In this document: positions 40,639-50,745 of the stretch, piece by piece
Numbering within the stretch: the first letter of the stretch is position 1
Layout: every line of letters begins with the position of its first letter
DNA from: an uncultured Phycisphaerales bacterium
Lineage (GTDB): Bacteria; Planctomycetota; Phycisphaerae; Tepidisphaerales; Tepidisphaeraceae
NCBI GenBank assembly: GCA_963755915.1
Contig: CAVWLP010000002.1
Location: 480,001 to 544,000, forward strand
Direction: 5' to 3'
Length of the DNA: 64,000 nt
Program-made: the position numbers and the translations under genes
Notes under the pieces: model-generated
Told to the model about the DNA's origin: nothing
Database searches by the model: none
Seen by the model: only the letters and a program-made list of their open reading frames with translations

Positions 40639-41246
40639 ATGGTAAATCTCTTACTATGGGGTGAATTCATGCTGGAAGAAGATGGGGTCAATACGGACAT
40701 GTTGCATGATGACGGCGCGGATAAATCTGGCGAAGAGGTGTCAGACGGGGTTGTTTCAGGCGAGATGCAGTTAAAGGGGGGCGACTCGGCCGGGGCGGAT
40801 GACGAGCTTGGGAAGGCGGTTTTGAAACTGGGTGCGGAGCAGCAGCGGGCGCTTTCGTTTTTGGTGGAGGGGAAATCGCTGGTAGAGACGTCGCGGATTT
40901 GCCGGATATCGAGGCAGACGCTGTACCTGTGGATGAAGGAGGATGCGGCGTATAACCGGTGGTGCGAACAGATGCATCAGAGCGCCCGGTCGCGCCTATT
41001 GGGGATGGCGGACAAGGCGACGGTGGCGGTGGAGCGGGCGCTGGAGAATGGGGATGCGCGGCGGCGCTGCAATTGCTGCGGGGGCTGGGGGTGCTGAAGG
41101 AGCAGAAAGCCGGATCGGGGGATGCGGGGGAGATGAAGAGGGAAATGGAGTGGGAGAAGCATAAGAGGAGGGTGGTGGAGGAGAAGAGGAGGCATAGGGC
41201 GGTGATTGATCAGGCGACTTTGCCGCTGGGGAGGGGGAGGAGGTGA
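40639..41246 (+). CDS. Hypothetical helix-turn-helix protein; frameshift near 41060
   Basis: L..EQQRAL..L..GKS..E......ISRQTLY.W; continues AALQLLRGLG in the 40959..41246 frame. Confidence 0.6.
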
Positions 41247-41410
41247 GGGAATGGGGATTGCGGTTCGACTCGGCTCACCGAAGTCCGATTGCCGAATGAT
41301 GAATGAGGCAAGGCGATGATTTCCTATTGCCTATTGAATGGGGGGTTGGGATGGACATGAAGCAATGTATTGGTCCTGCGGAGCATTGCAGCGCGGTTGA
41401 CAGACGAAAC

Positions 41411-41439
41411 TTGACGTTATAGGAAATATCCTATATCAT
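41411..41439 (+). promoter_or_regulatory. TA operon promoter with overlapping palindromic operator
   Basis: TTGACG-17 nt-TATCAT containing TATAGGA-AATA-TCCTATA (41418-41435). Confidence 0.7.
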
Positions 41440-41471
41440 GAAGGAGTAAATTTTGACCGATTTTAAGGAGG

Positions 41472-41835
41472 ATGACAGGCGAGAAACGCCGGTGCTGCGA
41501 TCATTGGTATGGCTGGGAAATTCCAGGCGAAATGTTCAGGCGTTTTCCGACGGCGCAGAAATTGATCGGCGATGAATTGCAATTGATCCAGTTCGGCGGA
41601 ATGCCCAAAGACGCCAAGCCGTTCAGGGGAGTCGGCAGCGGCGTGATCGAAATCGCTTTGCGGTACACAGGCGACGCCTACCGGGCGGTTGTGGCCGTCC
41701 AACTCGGCAAAAAAATCTTTGCTCCACGCCTTTCAGAAGAAATCGAAGAAAGGCATCGCAACGCCAAAACAGGATGTTGACCTGATCAAACAACGTTATG
41801 CGGAAGCAAGGGAGCTGGCGAGATATGAAGAATAA
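41472..41835 (+). CDS. RelE/ParE-family (Gp49/HigB-like) toxin, frameshifted
   Basis: Q.GG.PKDAKPF.GVGSGV.EI, DAYRAV, then LHAFQKKSK.GI.TPK.D.DLIK.R in another frame; AAGGAGG RBS. Confidence 0.85.
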
Positions 41836-42160
41836 CCACAAGAAGCCGACGTTCGACAAAGGCTCCGGCAATGTCTTTGCCGACCTGGGGCGCGATGACG
41901 CCGACGAATTGTTTGCACGGGCAAAGATCGGGTTTCATGTCTTTCAGATACTCAAAGACAAGAACCTGCCGCAACGGGAAGTCGCCTCGCTATTGGGGAT
42001 CAAACAGCCGGAAGTCTCGCATTTGATGAACGGTCATTTCAGCCGGTTCACGACGGACAAACTTTTGGAATTCCTCAAAAGGCTGGAACGCAAGGTTATG
42101 ATCCGGATTAGCCCCCATAAGCCGGGTGAGCCGTATCAGGAGATCGCCTTTAGCCGATAA
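41825..42160 (+). CDS. XRE-family HTH antitoxin (HigA-like)
   Basis: GSGNVFADLG, Q.E.A.LLGI.QP.VS.L..G....F..DKL..FL. Confidence 0.9.
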   Translation: MKNNHKKPTFDKGSGNVFADLGRDDADELFARAKIGFHVFQILKDKNLPQREVASLLGIKQPEVSHLMNGHFSRFTTDKLLEFLKRLERKVMIRISPHKPGEPYQEIAFSR

Positions 42161-42195
42161 AACGCCCCAAGCCACGAACGCTTTCAAGACTTTTA

Positions 42196-42690
42196 ATGAA
42201 TCGCCCGACCCGTATCATTTTGGCCGTCGTGACGTTGTACGTTTCGTGGATGGCGATGATGGCCGTGCATGAATCCGGGCACGTTCTTGCCGCGCTGGCC
42301 GGGGGCGGACGAGTGCGGCGGGTTGTGCTACCCTTTACTGATTTTTCCCGCACGGACGTCGATCCGAATCCCTCGCCGCGATTGGAAGTCTGGGGTGGAC
42401 CTGTTTGGGGAAGTGTAATCCCGCTGCTCGTGTGGCTGCTCGTTCGACGGAGATTCTCCAAGCCCGTGAATATTGCATTCGGATTTTTCACCGGACTTTG
42501 CCTTGTTGCCAACGGCGCTTATCTGGGAATTGGCTGGACCATGAGCGCCGGCGATGCCGCGCAACTGAAAAAACTCGGCACGCCGATCTGGGTGCTCATT
42601 CTTTTCGGTCTGACAACGACCGTTATGGGGTTATACATCTGGCACACGCTTGGGCGGCTCGAAGATCTGTTCAAGCCTTCGAAGCGATAG
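42196..42690 (+). CDS. M50-like membrane protein with HExxH
   Basis: VHESGH in first TM, GGP..G, N..Y, GDA. Confidence 0.7.
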   Translation: MNRPTRIILAVVTLYVSWMAMMAVHESGHVLAALAGGGRVRRVVLPFTDFSRTDVDPNPSPRLEVWGGPVWGSVIPLLVWLLVRRRFSKPVNIAFGFFTGLCLVANGAYLGIGWTMSAGDAAQLKKLGTPIWVLILFGLTTTVMGLYIWHTLGRLEDLFKPSKR

Positions 42691-42762
42691 AGCTGTTCTG
42701 CCTCACGTCTACTCGAGCTTGTTCTGCCAGTCTTGAGCGGTGTAAAAATTACGCATCAACGG

Positions 42763-43044
42763 TCATTCCGGGTGGCTGGCTCGCCATGCGTTCGATTTCT
42801 TTCGGAAATGTTCGCGGACTTCCTCGGACGTAAAAGTCTTTCCGCCGGCTTAGATTCCATCCGAAATCTCGTCGAGTTCGGCAATCACTTCGGGCGTGAA
42901 CAGGTGATCAAAATTCTCCTGCTCCTCGGAAAAATCGCTTTCCAGCCGGTCCGCCACGAATTCATCAACGCTCGCAAAGCCCGCTTCGCGTGCCCGCCGC
43001 TCGGCTTCCTTGTAAAGCTGATCGTTGAGCTGGACCTTTTGCAT
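42763..43044 (-). pseudogene. Antitoxin-like small protein with in-frame TAA at 42850-42852
   Basis: RHH-like N-terminus (A..AGF.SVDEFV); reading continues in frame AGGKTFTSEEVREHF... Confidence 0.5.
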
Positions 43045-43239
43045 CGAACGCTTTTCCTTATCGGCCGTCAATTATAATGGCATCGAAGATCATTTCACTA
43101 CAAATCCCTGCTTGCGGTGCTTTTCGGGTGTGGGGCTGTTTCATGGCCACTTGGGACATCGGCCCCCACCCCTGCCCTCCCCCGGAGTACCAGGGGAAGG
43201 GAAGAAAGGCGGGCGGCCAGGAATTAGCGCCACACGCCC

Positions 43240-44154
43240 CTAAAACGCGTGTTTCGCCCCCAGCGCCCCCACAATCTCCACCGTCGCCCGGCTCTTGTTC
43301 AGGGTATAAAAATGCAGCCCATCCACCCCCTGTGAAAGCAGATTCCGGCACTGCTCGATTGAATGCTCCAGCCCCGTGCGGTAGACCGCCTCGGCGTCAT
43401 TCTCGACGGCCTCCAGCTTCACCAGCAGCGAATGCGGAATCTTCGTGCCGCACATGCTGATGAACCGCTTGATCTGCGAGACGTTCATAATCGGCATGAT
43501 CCCCGCGATGATCGGCGCATTGATCCCCATCTTCCGTGCCCCATCGCGAAAGCGGTAGAAATCATCGTTGTCGAAAAATAACTGCGTAACGACGAACCGA
43601 CCGCCATTGTCGAGCTTTAATTTCAGCATCTCCATATCCCGCGTGCGGTTGAGGCACTGCGGATGCCCTTCGGGATAGCCGGCTACGCCGATGGAAAAAT
43701 CGTGGCGGCCGCGGACGAATTTGACGAGATCGCTGGCATAGGAAAATCCGCCCTCGGTGGCGACGAATGCGCCGCCGGTGCCGGCGACGGGGTCGCCGCG
43801 CAGGGCGAGCACGTTTCGGACGCCGGCGGACCAGAGTTCATCGAGGATTGCGCCGATTTCCTGCGCGGTATGGCCGACGCAGGTGAGGTGGGCCATCGAG
43901 CGGATGGCCGACTCGCGCTGGATCCGCTCGACAAGCTGGACGGTTTTCTGGCGGGTGCTGCCGCCGGCGCCGTAGGTGACCGAAACATAGCTTGGGCGCA
44001 GGGGCTGCAAATCCTTGATGGTCGTGAACAGGGAGGCGAAGCCGGCCTCGGTCTTGGGGGGAAAGAACTCGAACGAGATCGCCGGGGCCTTGCGGGCCAG
44101 CAGCTCGTCGATGCGGATGGGAACGGGCGAAGTTGGATTCTTATCGTCGGGCAC
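43240..44154 (-). CDS. metF: 5,10-methylenetetrahydrofolate reductase
   Basis: SFEFFPPKT, SVTYGAGGS, AHLTC, LALRGD, AGYPEGH, TQLFFD, GIMP, HFYTLN. Confidence 0.97.
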   Translation of the reverse strand: MPDDKNPTSPVPIRIDELLARKAPAISFEFFPPKTEAGFASLFTTIKDLQPLRPSYVSVTYGAGGSTRQKTVQLVERIQRESAIRSMAHLTCVGHTAQEIGAILDELWSAGVRNVLALRGDPVAGTGGAFVATEGGFSYASDLVKFVRGRHDFSIGVAGYPEGHPQCLNRTRDMEMLKLKLDNGGRFVVTQLFFDNDDFYRFRDGARKMGINAPIIAGIMPIMNVSQIKRFISMCGTKIPHSLLVKLEAVENDAEAVYRTGLEHSIEQCRNLLSQGVDGLHFYTLNKSRATVEIVGALGAKHAF

Positions 44155-44168
44155 GGATCGCCAATTTT

Positions 44169-44441
44169 AGGCTCTGTCTGAAAACTCTGATGGGCCGCGT
44201 TCGAGCGGAAATGGGCCAGATGCCGGGCGACGCGACGAAGCAGTGTTTATATAACACACGGCGAGGAGCGGCAACGACGTAGATGGCCCATTTCCGCTCG
44301 AACCCTCCGGGCCGGCCATGGCTTGGCCCGACTCGGCGTCGCTCGTCCTCAAAGGGTTGTTTAAACCCATATTCGTCCTCGCTTCTTGATTCGGGCCAAG
44401 CCATGGCCGGCGCGGCCCATCAGAGTTTTCAGACAGAGCCT
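44169..44441. mobile_element. 273-bp non-coding three-stem element, MITE-like
   Basis: Perfect 31-bp terminal inverted repeats plus two internal perfect inverted repeats of 20 and 21 bp. Confidence 0.7.
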
Positions 44442-44450
44442 GGCAAACCC

Positions 44451-44488
44451 AAAAGAAAACCGCGGGACTGGTGGTCCTGCGGTAAAAA
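44451..44488 (-). terminator. Intrinsic terminator after porin gene
   Basis: Minus strand ACCGCAGGAC-CACCA-GTCCCGCGGT-TTTCTTTT. Confidence 0.65.
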
Positions 44489-44510
44489 TCGGCTCGTTTT
44501 CAGCCTGTCT

Positions 44511-45884
44511 TCAGAACTTGATGAACGCATCCACCGCAAATGTGAGTTGGGTGTGGTGCGTGTTGTCGAAGACCGCATGATCGGCCATATCCAAGCGAAC
44601 TTCCGGGCGGATGGTGAGGGTTTGCAGAAGGTTGGTATCGGGCGTGGGGGTGATGGCGCCGCCGAGGGTGGCTTCAAAGTAGTTGGTATCCGATCCGCCG
44701 GTGCCGACGGTGAAACCGCGGCCGTCGTGATAATACTCGGCTCGGAGGTTTGCCTTGATGTACTTGTTCATGCCCGGATCGAACATGAGATAACCTGCCA
44801 CGCCATACCACTGGGCGATGGCGTTGGCGTCGCCATACACCGAATCAACGCCCAGCCCGAGCTGGTCGGCAAGCTGCCAGTTCAAGATGCCTTCGATGAC
44901 CGTCCAGTAATCGTGATTGTCGTCGGTCGACTGGGGGCCTTCGGAGAGATTCACGGTTGCCTTGATGGCGCTGTTGATCTGCCAGCCAACCTGGCCGAGG
45001 AAGTCGATCGCTCCGTTGTTGTCGGAGGTCGACTGGTTCCACCCGCGTGTAAACCCGGCGGTAACAGTAAGGTTGGGAGTGAAGCTGTAGGCGAAGAGCA
45101 CGCCCGTCTGCGTAAACGGAACCGCATAGCTGAAGAGATAATCGTGGGTGTAGAACGTGTTGGTCGTAGGGTTGATCGTCTCATATCCCATTAGCGTGGC
45201 GAATTTCCCGGCCGTGATGGTGATGCCGCTGCCGAGGGGGATCGCGAAGGTCAGGTAGGCCTGCTCGAGATCGAGATCGTTATCGGGGCTGGTATTTCCG
45301 TGTTTGTTGCCGTTGTCGAGAATTCCGTTGGAATGGGTATAGACGGCATCTCGTCCGTAGAAGGCTTCGATGTCGAAGCCAAAGTCGAACTTGGTGGTAT
45401 CGGGGATGGTTTTCTGGATGGCCAGATCGAGCTGGTTGAGCATCGCGCTGTTTTTGTAGTCGCCGGGGAAGAGGATGCGATCGGTGGAGAGAGCGCGATC
45501 ACCGTTGCCCGGAGCATTTTTCGGCTCGGTGAAATCGTAAAAATAACCGCCCTCCACGTAGCCGGTGATTCCGATGTTCCATTTTTCGAGCACCTTGCCG
45601 ACGCCGATCTGATCGAGGCCCCACATGATGGCCCCTTCGGGCGCCGCTGGGGCGGCCGCGGGTGGTGCGGCGGCAGGCGCCGCGGCGGCGGGGGCGGCCG
45701 ACTGATCGTCCGCATACAGCAGCGGATTGCTTGCGTCCGGATTGATCGCATATTGCGAAAGGGCGATCTGGCTCGAACTTCCCCCTGCCGTATTGCCTGA
45801 CGTTGCCTGGGAATCATCCGCCATTGCCGCTGAACCCAGTGCCAACACAGCGAGGGCTGCGCCGACTAAACCTTTCCGAAGCAT
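44511..45884 (-). CDS. Outer-membrane beta-barrel porin (BBP2/OmpL-like)
   Basis: Signal peptide, LNQL.L, L.QAY, AGKF.T..GYE.I, VPFTQTG, RGW, RPEVR.D, terminal Phe. Confidence 0.85.
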   Translation of the reverse strand: MLRKGLVGAALAVLALGSAAMADDSQATSGNTAGGSSSQIALSQYAINPDASNPLLYADDQSAAPAAAAPAAAPPAAAPAAPEGAIMWGLDQIGVGKVLEKWNIGITGYVEGGYFYDFTEPKNAPGNGDRALSTDRILFPGDYKNSAMLNQLDLAIQKTIPDTTKFDFGFDIEAFYGRDAVYTHSNGILDNGNKHGNTSPDNDLDLEQAYLTFAIPLGSGITITAGKFATLMGYETINPTTNTFYTHDYLFSYAVPFTQTGVLFAYSFTPNLTVTAGFTRGWNQSTSDNNGAIDFLGQVGWQINSAIKATVNLSEGPQSTDDNHDYWTVIEGILNWQLADQLGLGVDSVYGDANAIAQWYGVAGYLMFDPGMNKYIKANLRAEYYHDGRGFTVGTGGSDTNYFEATLGGAITPTPDTNLLQTLTIRPEVRLDMADHAVFDNTHHTQLTFAVDAFIKF

Positions 45885-46126
45885 GATCGAGCTCCTTCCA
45901 AAGAAAAAAAGCGAAAGTGAGAGAGAAGTGGAAAGCCTTACGTTTACCTTTCCCACGTGGCGAAGATGGCCGCTTTTGGCCTGCAAGTACCATCGGCCAA
46001 AGGCTTTCGGACAGATGAATAATAGTTAATACTTACGGTGATTATGAGACAGGCTCCGAAAAGACAAAAGTCTCGGTGGGTACTAGAATTAGAGACGAAG
46101 CCGCAGGCTTTTTGAGGACGGATGCG

Positions 46127-47299
46127 ATGAGTTTGGCCTGGCAACAACCGCTGCCGCAGATTTATAAAGAGCTGTCAGACAGCGAGTTGCGCGTGCGCAT
46201 TCGGTCGGCGAAAGAGGCGATGGGGGCGCGATTGGTGATCCTCGGGCATCACTATCAGCAGGATGCGGTGGTCGAATTCGCTGATTTTATCGGCGACAGC
46301 TTCGAACTTTCCCGAAACGCGGCGCGACAAAAGACCGCCGAATTCGTCATATTCTGCGGCGTGCATTTCATGGCGGAGTCGGCGGATGTGCTCACTTCGG
46401 AAAACGTAAAAGTCATCCTGCCGGACCTGGGCGCCGGGTGCTCGATGGCGGACATGGCCAACATCGATCAAACGCTGGAGTGCTGGGACCAGCTGCGGGA
46501 CGTTTCGCCTGGGCAGGTCATCGTGCCGGTGACCTATATGAACAGCTCGGCGGCAATCAAGGCCTTCGTGGGGCAGCATGGCGGGGCGGTGTGCACGAGC
46601 AGCAATTGCCGGAACGTGCTTGAGTGGGCACTGGCCGGCGGGGCAGGGGGACGGACCGATAAAAAAAACAAAGTGCTCTTTTTCCCGGACCAGCATCTGG
46701 GGCGGAACACCGCGCTGGCGATGGGATATCCCGCCGATTCGATGATCGTGTGGGACCCAAACAAAGATTTTGGGGGCAATGATCCGCAAGCGGTTGAGCG
46801 ATCGACCTTCGTGCTGTGGAAGGGCCATTGCTCGGTCCATCAGCTTTTCCGGCCGGAGCACGTCGATCAGGCGAGGGCGAAATATCCCGGCATCAAGGTG
46901 ATCGTCCATCCGGAATGCCGAAGGGAGGTCGTGGATAAATCCGATCTGGCGGGGAGCACGGCGTACATTGTGCAGCAGATCAACTCGGCCCTGCCGGGGA
47001 CGCAGTGGGCGATTGGCACAGAAGTGCATCTCGTCAATCGCCTGGCGCGCGAGCATCCGGAGCAGAAAATCATCGTTCTCAGCGATTGCCAATGCCTTTG
47101 CACGACGATGTATCGGATCGATCTTCAGCACCTCTGCTGGGCGATCGAGAATCTTGTCGAGGGGAGGGTTGTGAATCAGATCAGGGTGGACGCGGAAACG
47201 CGAAAGTGGGCGCTGGTGGCGCTGGATCGGATGCTGGAGATCAAAGGAACGGGGAATCCGATTGGGAAGAATCAGCCGGTGGGGACGACGATAGACTGA
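46127..47299 (+). CDS. nadA: Quinolinate synthase
   Basis: ILGHHYQ, FCGVHFMAE, AGCSMAD, YMNSSA, CTSSN, FFPDQHLG.N, VHPEC, C.TM. Confidence 0.96.
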   Translation: MSLAWQQPLPQIYKELSDSELRVRIRSAKEAMGARLVILGHHYQQDAVVEFADFIGDSFELSRNAARQKTAEFVIFCGVHFMAESADVLTSENVKVILPDLGAGCSMADMANIDQTLECWDQLRDVSPGQVIVPVTYMNSSAAIKAFVGQHGGAVCTSSNCRNVLEWALAGGAGGRTDKKNKVLFFPDQHLGRNTALAMGYPADSMIVWDPNKDFGGNDPQAVERSTFVLWKGHCSVHQLFRPEHVDQARAKYPGIKVIVHPECRREVVDKSDLAGSTAYIVQQINSALPGTQWAIGTEVHLVNRLAREHPEQKIIVLSDCQCLCTTMYRIDLQHLCWAIENLVEGRVVNQIRVDAETRKWALVALDRMLEIKGTGNPIGKNQPVGTTID

Positions 47300-47305
47300 G
47301 GTGAT

Positions 47306-47417
47306 AAATTCGAAACTCGAAATTCGAATGACGAATCAAACTCGAATGACCGAAATTCGAATTTTGAACTTCGAATTTTGAATTTGATTCGTCATTCGGA
47401 TTTCGAGTTTCGGATTT
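47306..47417. repeat. Heptamer-unit imperfect palindrome between convergent genes
   Basis: CGAAACTCGAAATTCGAATGACGAATCAAA ... TTTGATTCGTCATTCGGATTTCGAGTTTCG. Confidence 0.85.
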
Positions 47418-47430
47418 CCCGCCATGCGGG

Positions 47431-49148
47431 CTACATCCTGAACACCGCCCCCATTTTTCTGCCCAGCAGCCGATTCGTCGCCAGCAGCGTTGCGGTCAGC
47501 ACCAGCATCATCCACACGCCGAGGGCGGAGGCGATGTAATAGCCATCTCCCAATCGCTGCGACAATTCGAGGATGGCCCGCGTGATCGGGAACCACGCGG
47601 ATTTCTGGGCGAGGATAATCGAATCGCTGACATCGAGCAGGGAGAAGGTGAACACGAGCAGCGCCCCGGCGACCAGATTCGCCAGGATCAGGGGAATTGT
47701 GATGCGCCGCAAAACCGTCGAGCGGGAGGCGCCAGATTTGCCGCGGCAAGCTCGAAATCGACGGGGGTTTGCTGCAGGCCCGCGACCGTTGAACGCACCA
47801 TGTATGGCAATCTCCTCGCGGCGTACGCGAGCACAAGAAACACCACGGGCATCTCCTGGGCGTCGAGCCAGACCGGCAGTTTTTCGCCGAACTTCTGTTT
47901 CAGCGAGACGCTGATGGCCAGAAATCCAAACGCCAGCACCAGACCCGGGACCGCAAGGGGAACCATCGCCAGGGCTTCGATGACGCCGCGATCGACGAGC
48001 CGGCTGCGCACAGCGATGATTGCGACGCCCAGGCCGACCAAGACGCTGATGGCCGTCGCGGCGAATGCGTAAATTGCCGAGTTCACGATCGACGGCATCG
48101 CCAAGTCGTTCGTGAGCGCGGCCAGGTAATGATTGGCGGTAAACTCCCGCGGCAATATCGAGCGATACCACTGGCCGGTCGCGCTGATGCTGGTCAGCAC
48201 CACTGAAATATGCGGCAGGAGGGCCAGACCAAGCACGACCAGGAACGGCGCCGCCGCTGCCAGTGCTTTCCAGCCGGTCAATCGCTTGGGCGTTTGCGCG
48301 ACGGTCGCCTTTCCCGCCGATGTATCATATTCCCGACCCAGCAGAACTTTTCCGATCAGATATAGCCCCACGGCGACGACGAGCGTCACGGCCACCAGCG
48401 CAAAGGGGAGGGGGTTGTCGGCCACATCGGTCACCTGCTCGAAAATCTGCACCGGGGTGATGGTGTTGAAGCCGAACATCAGGGGCGTGCCCAGCTCGGT
48501 GAAGCTCCAGATCAGCGTCAGTGTGCAGCCCGCGAAAATCCCGGGGCGAATCAGCGGCAGGGTGATCCGGCGGAAAACGGTCCAGCGATTGGCCGATAGA
48601 TTTGCGGCGGCCTGCTCCATTGTCGGGTCGACGCTAGCAAGTGAATTTTGGACGTTGAGCAGGAGAATCGGATAGAGGTGCAGGGCTTCGACCATTACCA
48701 TCCCGAGCATTCGGAATCGGCCGAGCCAGTCGAAGCCGGCACCCTGCCCGAACCCGAGCAAAACGCTCAGCGGGCCGAGGCGACCCAGCAGCAACCGCAC
48801 GCCCATCGCGCCGACGAACGGCGGCAGGACCAACGGCGCGAGCGTCAATCCGGCCAGCCAGCCGCTGAAGGGAAATTCAAATTTCACGGCCAAGATCGCC
48901 AGGGGAATGGCGATCACCAGGCAGACCAACGTCACGATCAGCGCGATCGCCACGGCATTGATCAGCCCGCGCACCAGTTGCGGATCGCTGAAGATGACCT
49001 GCACATACTGGAGCGTGAACTCTCCCCCCTGGGTCACGAATCCGCGAACCAGGATGCGATAGAGGGGCCAGAGAAAGAAGAGGCCGAAAAATGCGTAGAG
49101 GAGCAGGGAAATCATGCGATGCCGGGCTCGGGAATTGATTGCCGTCAT
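47431..49148 (-). CDS. Fe3+/FbpB-type ABC permease; frameshift near 47730
   Basis: Two EAA loops (EQAAANL.A, ELAAANL), PPFVGA, ITLPL, ELGTPL. Confidence 0.9.
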
Positions 49149-49153
49149 CGCAA

Positions 49154-50742
49154 TTATTTCTCCGATGCGACCGACGCCGCGGCGTCGGCCTCTACGCCGA
49201 CCGCGCGATAGTATTCGGAAAAGCGTTTCGACCACATGAGCCGTTTCCTAGCCCGCCAGATGTCCGGGTCCTGCGAGTGGTCGGCGGCAATCTTCGTTCC
49301 CTCCGCCATTTCTGCCGTCACCTCCGGCGCGAAATCGGAATGTTGGCAAGCTCGGCAAAAAGCGAATTTCGGCGTGCCTCATCCGGCACGAGAAGAATCT
49401 TTCGGCAGGTATCTCGAAGCTGATCGCCGGCGTCGATCCACGCCGCCGCCCAGATCAGGGGAAGCTCGGAAAACGTGCTCATCCACTCGCCGCGCTCGTT
49501 GAAGCCGCCGGCGCTTTGGAAATAGTTGAGCGTGTCCGCCCAGCCGGTCTGGTCGGCGTAAACATCGCGTCGAATCGGCGAGCGCCGCAGGGCCACCTCG
49601 CGCGGCCCGCCGGGAGCGCCTACCTTCAGAATCCACAGCCGCTGTCCCTCGGGGCTGAGCAGAAATTCGATGAAGTGATTTGCCAATTCCAGTTGCTTTC
49701 CGTGCGTGCTGTAAAGAATGGCGATCGGATCGGGCGTGATCGCCGTCGCGGCGTGGGGCAAAACAAATTTCTCGCGATCTGAGCCGACGGTTTGCTCCGT
49801 TACCCGTCCATAAAAATCGATCGCCATGCCCGCGGCGGCGTCCCCCGAAGCCACGTCGTTCGGCGGCTGCGCGGATGAATCGCTGAGAAAACGCGCGTTG
49901 CCGGCGATCAATGCCAGTTGGCCCATGCCCTTCTTCCAGCCGGCATCCAAAGCCGCCTGGTACTGTGGTGCCGATTTAAGCTCTGCCGGCCGCTTGCCCG
50001 CGTTCACTGGACGATTGAAGAATTCCGTTTCGGCATCCGCCATCCCGCGCTGAATCACCATCATGTACGCCACTGCCGCCGACTGGCTGTGCGACGGGTC
50101 TGCCAGCGACAAGGCGCGAAACAGCCGCGGGTCGGCCAGATCGCTCCAGGTCTGCGGCTCGGTGATCCCCATCGAGCGATACAAATCCGGATTAAAAATA
50201 ATCCCAAAACTGCTCAGACAAATCCCCACCCATTTCGGCGGCAGCAATTTTCCCGACTTGTCTTTTTCCTGGTCGTATAACTTCACCCCCGCCAGCGTCG
50301 GAGTCGGAAACACCGCTGCCATCAGCTTTGGATCGATCTGAAGCGGCCGGAGAATCCCCATCGGCTTCAGCTTGGAATTAAACTCGAAATCCCCGCCGCC
50401 CCAGACCATGTCGATGCCGGTGTGAATCTGGTCCTCGGGCGGGAGCTTGCCGCCATTGGCGTCGCGAATCGCGCGATAGATGGTGTCGAGCTGCCGGCGG
50501 ATGTCGCCGGTGCCGCCGGGGGTCAGAAATTCGAGGTCGATCGCCTCGCCATATTTCTCTTTGCTCCAGTCGGCAAACGCCCAGCGGAATTCGTTGCGGA
50601 TTTCCTGGCCGTGCGGGGTGATGATCACCAGCCGTGCGCCGCTCGATTCTTCCGGCCCTGGCGAAGTCTTTTGAAACGCGCGAATCACCAGCGGCGCCCC
50701 CAGGAGAACCAGAAATACGAAGATGAACCCGAATCGCCCCAT
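49154..50742 (-). CDS. ABC substrate-binding protein (FbpA/AfuA-like); frameshift near 49325
   Basis: IITPH, D..WGGG, P.TW.DLADP, ADP..S.S, AIDFYG, PDPIA, FL.S.EGQ. Confidence 0.85.
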
Positions 50743-50745
50743 CGA

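Noticed and set aside
40639..43100. Prophage or integrative element
   Set aside because: No integrase, structural genes or att repeats seen; only an HTH gene and TA modules.
44155..44510. SAM/SAH riboswitch upstream of metF
   Set aside because: No recognisable consensus; the long perfect stems fit a DNA repeat element better. Only cmscan would settle it.
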